The translations under genes were made by a program, and so were the position numbers. The notes under the pieces were generated by a model. It was not told where the DNA came from, ran no database searches, and saw nothing but the letters and a program-made list of their open reading frames with translations. 25,190 nucleotides of DNA from Deltaproteobacteria bacterium (GTDB lineage Bacteria > SAR324 > NAC60-12): contig JAYOTF010000043.1 of the NCBI GenBank assembly GCA_038150265.1, forward strand, positions 1 to 25,190, given 5' to 3'. Position 1 is the first letter of the stretch; each line of letters starts with the position of its first letter. This document shows, one piece after another, positions 19,353-25,190 of the stretch.

Positions 19353-20567
19353 ATGAGCCAAGGTAAAATCGTCCTCGCTTACTCTGGAGGGTTGGACACC
19401 TCTGTTATTGTGCACTGGCTGGCTTCCAAGGGCTGGGAAGTGGTGGCCCTCTGCCTCGACCTGGGACAGAAGGTCGAGGACCTGGAAGAGATCCGTCAGA
19501 AGGGGCTCAAGGCCGGCGCCAGCAAAGTGGTGCTGGAGAACGTTGAGGAAGAGTTTGTCACCGACTACGTTTTCCCGTCCATCCAGTGGAATGCCCTCTA
19601 CGAAGGCACCTACCTGCTGGGCACCTCCCTGGCTCGTCCGCTGATTGCGAAGAAGCAGATCGAGTGGGCTCGTCAGGAAGGCGCGATTGCGGTCAGCCAC
19701 GGCGCAACGGGCAAGGGAAACGACCAGGTCCGCTTTGAGCTGGGCTACCTGGCGCTGGAGCCCGACATTCAGATTCTGGCCCCCTGGAAGATCGAGGAGT
19801 TCTATGAGCAGTATCCCGGACGCTCGGAGCTGATCGCGTACGCCGAGCAGCACGGCATCCCGGTAAAGGCGACCAAGTCGCAGCCCTGGAGCTCGGATGA
19901 GAACCTGATGCACATCAGCTTTGAGTCCGGCATGCTCGAGGACCCGTGGCAGGAGCCGCTGGAGGAGATGTTTGAGCTGTCTCAGTCTCCGCAGGAGGCG
20001 CCGGAGCAGCCCCAGACGGTCCTGATTGATTTTGAGGACGGCGTTCCGGTGGCGATTGATGGCGAGCGCCTGAGTCCGGCTCAACTGCTGACGCGCCTCA
20101 ACGAGTACGGCGGCAAGCACGGCGTGGGACGCGTGGACATGGTGGAATCCCGGTTTGTGGGGATGAAGTCTCGAGGCGTGTATGAGACGCCGGGGGGAAC
20201 GATCCTGCACCTTGCGCATCGCGCGATGGAGTCGATCACCATGGACCGTGGGGTGATCAATTTGAAGGACTCGCTGATGCCACGTTTTGCGCAGCTGGCG
20301 TACAATGGCTTCTGGTTCAGTCCGGAGATGGAAGTGCTGCTGGACATGGTCCGCAAGACGCAGGAGCGGGTGACGGGCACCGTCCGCCTGAATCTGTACC
20401 GGGGCAACTGCATCGTGACGGGACGCAAATCGCCTTACAGCTTATATGACGAGGACATTGCGACCATGGAAGCGGATCAAGGGAAGTATGATCCGCGCGA
20501 TGCCAATGGCTTCATTCGGCTTCATGCCTTGCCGCTCCGCATTCAAGCTCGATTGCGCCAGCGCTGA
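19353..20567 (+). CDS. argG: Argininosuccinate synthase
   Basis: 'LAYSGGLDTS', 'YLLGTSLARP', 'HGATGKGNDQVRF', 'KSRGVYETPG'. Confidence 0.98.
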   Translation: MSQGKIVLAYSGGLDTSVIVHWLASKGWEVVALCLDLGQKVEDLEEIRQKGLKAGASKVVLENVEEEFVTDYVFPSIQWNALYEGTYLLGTSLARPLIAKKQIEWARQEGAIAVSHGATGKGNDQVRFELGYLALEPDIQILAPWKIEEFYEQYPGRSELIAYAEQHGIPVKATKSQPWSSDENLMHISFESGMLEDPWQEPLEEMFELSQSPQEAPEQPQTVLIDFEDGVPVAIDGERLSPAQLLTRLNEYGGKHGVGRVDMVESRFVGMKSRGVYETPGGTILHLAHRAMESITMDRGVINLKDSLMPRFAQLAYNGFWFSPEMEVLLDMVRKTQERVTGTVRLNLYRGNCIVTGRKSPYSLYDEDIATMEADQGKYDPRDANGFIRLHALPLRIQARLRQR

Positions 20568-20573
20568 CTCTCC

Positions 20574-20597
20574 GCCGCGTCGTTCCCCCGACGCGGC
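20574..20597 (+). terminator. Strong hairpin after argG (no U-tract; may be a stabilising or pausing element)
   Basis: GCCGCGTCG-ttcccc-CGACGCGGC, a perfect 9-bp stem. Confidence 0.45.
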
Positions 20598-20626
20598 ACC
20601 ACTTGCTGATTCAGGGAGACTCCCCC

Positions 20627-21439
20627 ATGAATTCACGAAACATCTTCCCCATCCTTTCCCTGATTCTCCTCATCACGACTCTGGCGTTTGCGTTCCTGGA
20701 TTTTTTTGGGCAACCCGACCCCTTGCAGACGCGAACGGGCGCTCCCGCTCCTTCCGGAAGCGCGGAGCCGGCTCCGACCCCTGCTGCTTCTGGAGCAGGT
20801 GATGCGGCGCGGGTCAAGGAGCTGGAAAATGAGCAGAAGGAGCTGAAGCTGCTGGTGGAGCGGATGTCCGCGGAACTCAAGGTGGCGCAGGATTCCAAGA
20901 GCATTCTGGATCAGCTGCTGCTCGGGCGGCAGGTGCTCCGAGACTTTGAGAAGCGCTTCCTCAGCCACCCCTTCTTTCAGAAGCAGGGGGGCTTCCTGAG
21001 CTACTTCCGGAAGCAAACCCAGACCTACCTGTCTCAGCAGGAAATCTCGATCCGGGCGCCAGGCGTCAGTGAGGGGGACCTGAAGGCCTTCCGGAGTGAC
21101 CTGACCGCGTGGACGATTGGACGCAGCGATGCCGAGATTCAGGGGGTGGCGCGCTACACGGCGTTCTTCTTTGCGGAGTCGCTGTATGCGATCCCCATGA
21201 ACCTGCTGGCATCCCGGTTGGTTCCGGAGCTTGAGGCGGTGGACTTCAACACGCAGGTGCTGGTTCAGAACGTCAAGACCGTGGCGATCCGTGATGCCAA
21301 TGGCGAGCTGGGGGAGAAGGGGCAGGTGGAGCTGGAGCAGTACAACCTGGCCCAGCAGTTCTTCTTCCGCCGGGGTCCCAAGATTACCGGACGGGTGGTG
21401 CTGTTCCTGAAATCTTACCTTTCCTACAGTGACCTCTGA
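20627..21439 (+). CDS. Hypothetical membrane-anchored protein (TM, P/A linker, coiled coil, globular domain)
   Basis: ATG 20627 with GGGAG upstream; N-terminal hydrophobic helix; 'RVKELENEQKELKLLVERMSAELK' heptads; TGATG overlap with the next gene. Confidence 0.8.
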   Translation: MNSRNIFPILSLILLITTLAFAFLDFFGQPDPLQTRTGAPAPSGSAEPAPTPAASGAGDAARVKELENEQKELKLLVERMSAELKVAQDSKSILDQLLLGRQVLRDFEKRFLSHPFFQKQGGFLSYFRKQTQTYLSQQEISIRAPGVSEGDLKAFRSDLTAWTIGRSDAEIQGVARYTAFFFAESLYAIPMNLLASRLVPELEAVDFNTQVLVQNVKTVAIRDANGELGEKGQVELEQYNLAQQFFFRRGPKITGRVVLFLKSYLSYSDL

Positions 21440-22344
21440 TGACGGTTCGGTTCGAACGCGAAATCCTCCCCCTTCATGAATCCGCCAGTGGCGTCCGCTT
21501 TGAGGTGGACGTGTGGCGCTACGAGCACCCCCAGGCCACTCAGACGCTGTACCTGCAGGCTGGGGTGCATGGCGTGGAGCTGACCGGCGTTCCGGTGCTG
21601 TACGAGTTCATGCAACAGGTCGAGGCGGAGCAGCTGCCGTTTTCCTTCATCTGTGTGCCCCTGGCAAATCCGATGGGGCTCGACAGCCAAATCATGGGAC
21701 AGCAGGTGGGGTACAACAACCTCCACACGAATCAGCAGAACTGCTGGAACTGGAACCGGGTGGGGAACCTCCGGAATGAGGGGAGCATCGAAGGGCGCTG
21801 GATCAAGACGCTACTGGACCTCGCGGAGCCGGCTTCGACGGTGCTGGACTTCCACACCGCTGGACTGGAGAACGCGCCCCATGTTTATGCGCAGGTGAGT
21901 CAGGTGGCTCATGCCGAAACGCTGGGCTTTCCGCATGTGCTGGCGTGGGAAACGCCGTCGGACAGCTTCAGCGACTCCTGCTTCAAGCGCGGCCAGGTGG
22001 CCCTGACCTTTGAGCTATCCGAGAGCCGAACGGTTCCGGAAGCCGGAGTGGAGCGTGGGTTGCGGGCGCTCCGGATCTTTTTGGGACTGGAGGAACCCGC
22101 TGAGCCGGGGACGGTTTGGGCGATCAAGGAGCGGTTGCTGAAGTGGTATGCTCCGGAATCCGGAGTCTTGCAGTGGAAGGTGAGCGCCGGAGAGTCCGTG
22201 CAGGTGGGACAGCCACTGGCGCGGCTGTATCGTCGGGAGGGCGTGCAGGAGCTGTTGAGCCCCATTGAGGGCGTGCTCTTGCTGAAGAATCCGATTCATG
22301 CGCCGCATCAGCATCAGGAACTGGCTAAGTTTCTGAAAGCGTAG
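21439..22344 (+). CDS. Succinylglutamate desuccinylase/aspartoacylase (M14-like Zn hydrolase) family protein
   Basis: 'AGVHGVE' (HxxE), 'ANPMG', 'NWNR', 'LDFHT', 'TFEL', and a C-terminal biotinyl/lipoyl-like 'APESGV..VSAGESVQVGQPLA'. Confidence 0.85.
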   Translation: MTVRFEREILPLHESASGVRFEVDVWRYEHPQATQTLYLQAGVHGVELTGVPVLYEFMQQVEAEQLPFSFICVPLANPMGLDSQIMGQQVGYNNLHTNQQNCWNWNRVGNLRNEGSIEGRWIKTLLDLAEPASTVLDFHTAGLENAPHVYAQVSQVAHAETLGFPHVLAWETPSDSFSDSCFKRGQVALTFELSESRTVPEAGVERGLRALRIFLGLEEPAEPGTVWAIKERLLKWYAPESGVLQWKVSAGESVQVGQPLARLYRREGVQELLSPIEGVLLLKNPIHAPHQHQELAKFLKA

Positions 22345-22406
22345 CGGATTTAGCGCCATGCTCGTCTCGAAGAATCAGATCTGGGATCAGCGCCGTTCGT
22401 TTTTTA

Positions 22407-22435
22407 TTGCTGTTCCCCAGACGAGTGTTTACAAT
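22407..22435 (+). promoter_or_regulatory. Putative sigma70 promoter for the ferredoxin/Fe-S cluster
   Basis: TTGCTG (22407-22412)-N17-TACAAT (22430-22435). Confidence 0.55.
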
Positions 22436-22467
22436 TAGGACCAAAACGGTCCGGTATAGGCAATTCA

Positions 22468-22761
22468 ATGGCCGAGTGGGAAAAACGCTTTCCAGAAAAT
22501 GTCCCGGGACGCTACTACGTCGATAGTGAGTGCATTGAATGTGGGCTCTGCGCCGAGATTGCGCCTGCTAACTTTTCAACGAATGTGGAGCTGGGGTACG
22601 ATTATGTTTCGCAGCAGCCCCGGAACGCTGACGAAGAGCAGCGTTGTTGGGACGCCCTGGAGTCTTGCCCGGTTGAAGCCATTGGTCAAGACGGTGTGGC
22701 GGCACTCGACCCAATGCCTCTTGTGACCCGAACCGTCTCATCCACCCATCCGATTCCTTAA
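22468..22761 (+). CDS. Single-cluster 4Fe-4S ferredoxin
   Basis: 'ENVPGRYYVD..CIECGLC...AP' and 'SCPVEAIG'. Confidence 0.92.
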   Translation: MAEWEKRFPENVPGRYYVDSECIECGLCAEIAPANFSTNVELGYDYVSQQPRNADEEQRCWDALESCPVEAIGQDGVAALDPMPLVTRTVSSTHPIP

Positions 22762-22771
22762 GGAGCTTTCC

Positions 22772-23485
22772 ATGAAATTCAAAGTTGTCTCCTCCGACGC
22801 TGGCGTTGAGGCCGGCTCCGGACCTGCCAATGAGCGCATTCAGCAGATGCTTTCCCAAAGCCCCGTGTTCCTCTTCATGAAGGGAACTCCGGAGGCGCCG
22901 CAGTGTGGTTTTTCCTATCGTGTGGTGGAGGTGCTGAACGCGTGGAAGGTCCCGTTTTCGTCCTTCAATGTGCTCAGTGACGAGAGCATCCGAAACGGGG
23001 TGAAGGAGTTTGCGAACTGGCCGACGATTCCGCAGCTGTACGTCAACCAGGAGTTTGTGGGCGGGTGCGACATCGTGGAAGAGATGTCCGGGAATGGGGA
23101 GCTGGGCGAGCTGTTCCAGGAGGCGTATCCGGACCAGAGCTTTGAGGCGCCACCGCCTCCGGCTCAGGTTCAGAACATTCATCCGGAAGATGCAGCGAAG
23201 ATGCTGGAAAACGATCCGGAGCTGTTCCTGCTGGACGTCCGTCCGGAAAACGAGCGGCAGCTGGCAGCTGTGGGTCGATCAAGGATGATTGATCAGGCCC
23301 TGGCCGAGGAAATCATCAACACGTGGGATCCGGAGCGTCCGCTGGTGTTCATTTGCCACATTGGGCAACGGAGCCTGCAGGCTGCCGAGTTCTTCACGCA
23401 GAAGGGCTTCCGGCAGGTGTACAACGTCACAGGGGGAGTGGACGCCTGGTCCTTGACCGTGGATTCCTCCCTGCCTCGCTACTGA
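22772..23485 (+). CDS. grxD: Monothiol CGFS glutaredoxin (Grx4) fused to a C-terminal rhodanese domain
   Basis: 'FMKGTPEAPQCGFS', 'WPTIPQLY', 'GGCDI', then 'LLDVR', 'VFICHIGQRS', 'YNVTGGVDAWS..VD..LPRY'; AAGGAG RBS. Confidence 0.92.
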   Translation: MKFKVVSSDAGVEAGSGPANERIQQMLSQSPVFLFMKGTPEAPQCGFSYRVVEVLNAWKVPFSSFNVLSDESIRNGVKEFANWPTIPQLYVNQEFVGGCDIVEEMSGNGELGELFQEAYPDQSFEAPPPPAQVQNIHPEDAAKMLENDPELFLLDVRPENERQLAAVGRSRMIDQALAEEIINTWDPERPLVFICHIGQRSLQAAEFFTQKGFRQVYNVTGGVDAWSLTVDSSLPRY

Positions 23486-23496
23486 AGGAGGACGGC

Positions 23497-23883
23497 ATGA
23501 GTGAAGTGACTTTGCCGCAGGTGGAGTTGACGCCACGCGCCGCCACCGTGTTCCGAGAAGCGTGTCAGGCGGAAGGCAAACCGCTGGAGCAGTCCTTCTT
23601 GCGCATCGGCGCCAAGCCCGGAGGCTGTTCAGGTTGGAAGTATGAGCTGGAGTGGAATGGTCCGGATGACCTGGGAGAGGAGGATGTGGTCGTCACCAGC
23701 GAAGGAGTGCAGGTGGCCGTGGAGCGGGAGTGCCTAATGGAGGTGCTGGGCCCGGTTCGCATTGACTTCTCCGACAAGAACCTGGTGGAGCAGGGCTTTG
23801 TCTTTGAGCAACTGATCAGTGGGCACCAGTGTGGATGCGGCGAGTCCTTTACGCCGGTTCGTGAACTTCGGCAGGCGGTCTGA
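23497..23883 (+). CDS. A-type Fe-S carrier (IscA/HesB/ErpA family)
   Basis: ATG 23497 with AGGAGG RBS; 'GGCSG..Y' and 'CGCGESF'. Confidence 0.92.
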   Translation: MSEVTLPQVELTPRAATVFREACQAEGKPLEQSFLRIGAKPGGCSGWKYELEWNGPDDLGEEDVVVTSEGVQVAVERECLMEVLGPVRIDFSDKNLVEQGFVFEQLISGHQCGCGESFTPVRELRQAV

Positions 23884-24509
23884 TGGGGATGGCTCTTGAG
23901 TACCTGGCAGGAGTGCTGTGTTTTGGCCTCTTTCTGTACAAGTGGGTCATCATTGCAGCGGTCCTGCTGACGTGGGTCAGCGCGGATCCGTTCAATCCGA
24001 TGGTCCGGTTCATTGCCCGGGCGACACGTCCGCTGTGGGTCTGGTGTGAAACGTGGCTACCCGTGGGGTTGGCGCACCTGAGCGCCTATGCGTCGTTGCT
24101 GGTGGTGGTGTTTGCGCAGGCCTTGCTTCCGGCGACCCTGAAGTCCGTTGGGCTTCTTGCTGAGGGGCAAGCCGGCTCGTCTCAGTTCCTGACGCAGATG
24201 GGCGGGCACGTGTTGCAAAGCTCCGGCGTTGTTCTGCAGAGCCTGCTGTTCTTCCTGATGCTGATCATGGTGGTCTGGTTCTTCCTGACCCTGGTCAACC
24301 CAGCGCTGAACAATCCGTTTGTCCGGGTGATTCACGTCCTGGCGGATCCGATGATCACGCCGATTCAGCGCTACCTTCCCCGAGCACGTGTTGACCTCTC
24401 CCCGCTGGTTGCGCTGCTGCTCTTCTTCCTGGCCAACCGGTTTGTCGTTGCTCCCTTGGCAACCTTCGGCAATGGCCTTTCCTTCCCCATCTCCCTCTGT
24501 GTGTACTGA
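23883..24509 (+). CDS. YggT-family membrane protein (two YggT repeats)
   Basis: 'LLTWVSADPFNPMVRFIARATRP' and 'NNPFVRVIHVLADPMITPIQRYLP..VDLSPL'; TGATG coupling. Confidence 0.88.
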   Translation: MGMALEYLAGVLCFGLFLYKWVIIAAVLLTWVSADPFNPMVRFIARATRPLWVWCETWLPVGLAHLSAYASLLVVVFAQALLPATLKSVGLLAEGQAGSSQFLTQMGGHVLQSSGVVLQSLLFFLMLIMVVWFFLTLVNPALNNPFVRVIHVLADPMITPIQRYLPRARVDLSPLVALLLFFLANRFVVAPLATFGNGLSFPISLCVY

Positions 24510-24512
24510 AAG

Positions 24513-24659
24513 ATGCTGTTGTTGAGTTTCCACGTGGTTGCCATTGGGACCCTCGTGGGCATTGTCTGGACCCTCGCTTACTCCTCTGGAAAAAAAGACG
24601 GCTTCGCCCAAGCTGAAAAGGAACACGCCCTCCTGAATGAGGAGCCGGCTCAGCAGTAA
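24513..24659 (+). CDS. Small single-pass membrane protein (48 aa), below the ORF-track length cutoff
   Basis: MLLLSFHVVAIGTLVGIVWTLAYSSGKKDGFAQAEKEHALLNEEPAQQ*; starts 3 nt after the yggT stop and ends 3 nt before the convergent gene's stop. Confidence 0.6.
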   Translation: MLLLSFHVVAIGTLVGIVWTLAYSSGKKDGFAQAEKEHALLNEEPAQQ

Positions 24660-24662
24660 GCG

Positions 24663-25190
24663 CTAAGGCGTTGGCTTCCGGAAGGCCCGGACTTTGGGGT
24701 TTTCCAGCTGTTGCAGGCGTTCAAACAGGGCATGGGAAACTTCTTCCAGCAACTCGCCCTTGACATCCGAATCCAGGGTCCAGCTGGCTTCCGGAAGGGA
24801 CCAGCGGATCTCCCAGCCCTGGTGACGAAACAGCAGCATCCGGTGGGACTGATCTTCGGGGCCGCTGGCCCAGACAGTGCTCTCCTGCTGACGGACCTCC
24901 AGTCGCGACACCCCAGCCAGGTCTCCCCAGTACCGGATGCTCCGGAAGACCGCTTCTTGATGGGGATCCTTTGCCAAGAACTCTTCCATCTGTTGCCCTA
25001 ACGCCAGCATCAGGCTCCGGCGCTTGCGGTGGTCGGACTGTCCCCGCAGGGTGCTCACGGGCCTCCGGATCACATCGTATTCCAGCGTGTAGAGGAGGAG
25101 CCACGCGAGGGTGAGGCCTCCCAAGTAAGCGAAGCCTCGCGTGTTGGGCCACTGAAACGCCACCACACCCAGGACGCCAAACACTCCGGA
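24663..25190 (-). CDS. C-terminal part of a membrane protein (5'-partial), family uncertain; possibly MraY/WecA-like with a soluble extension
   Basis: The frame is open to the window edge, with two hydrophobic helices followed by a soluble domain. No diagnostic motif is visible, so the family is a guess. Confidence 0.6.
   Translation of the reverse strand, partial: SGVFGVLGVVAFQWPNTRGFAYLGGLTLAWLLLYTLEYDVIRRPVSTLRGQSDHRKRRSLMLALGQQMEEFLAKDPHQEAVFRSIRYWGDLAGVSRLEVRQQESTVWASGPEDQSHRMLLFRHQGWEIRWSLPEASWTLDSDVKGELLEEVSHALFERLQQLENPKVRAFRKPTP

Noticed and set aside
6081..20219. Long minus-strand ORFs (6081..7607, 7617..8549, 8568..9551, 11629..12543, 13266..14570, 14909..15667, 15755..16573, 17952..18632, 18876..20219)
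   Set aside because: Each mirrors a well-supported plus-strand gene, as expected in GC-rich DNA.
10981..23496. ORF-track starts at 10981, 12942, 20603 and 23323
   Set aside because: Downstream ATGs (11080, 12948, 20627, 23497) have an RBS or stop/start coupling and, except for 20627, avoid longer overlaps with the upstream gene.

Overview
GC-rich bacterial chromosomal window with no rRNA, tRNA, CRISPR or mobile element recognised. Gene content loosely resembles a deltaproteobacteria/SAR324-like organism, but this is inference only. In order: (i) a minus-strand multi-PAS sensor gene that runs off the left edge and is missing from the ORF track, with a perfect (AGAC)13 tract at its 5' end; (ii) an atypical FolD, divergent from a SpuC-like class III aminotransferase and an SDR; (iii) a CDGSH 2Fe-2S protein with a coupled small ORF; (iv) an RpoD-like sigma70 lacking a recognisable region 1.1, followed by a MoxR-DUF58-DUF4381-BatA-BatB/C-BatD operon; (v) a TAXI-TRAP binding protein and rarD; (vi) an XRE-HTH protein with a glycine-zipper-like tail; (vii) trxB, a membrane-anchored cold-shock protein, argG, a membrane hypothetical and an AstE/AspA-family enzyme; (viii) an Fe-S cluster of ferredoxin, Grx4-rhodanese fusion, IscA/HesB, YggT and a small membrane ORF; (ix) a partial membrane protein at the right edge. 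Two signals are not explained by the gene calls. The palindrome TCCGGA is strongly over-represented across the window (about 95 copies by hand count, roughly 10x expectation, HIP1-like). The tetranucleotide tract on the multi-PAS gene looks like a phase-variation switch with staggered start codons.
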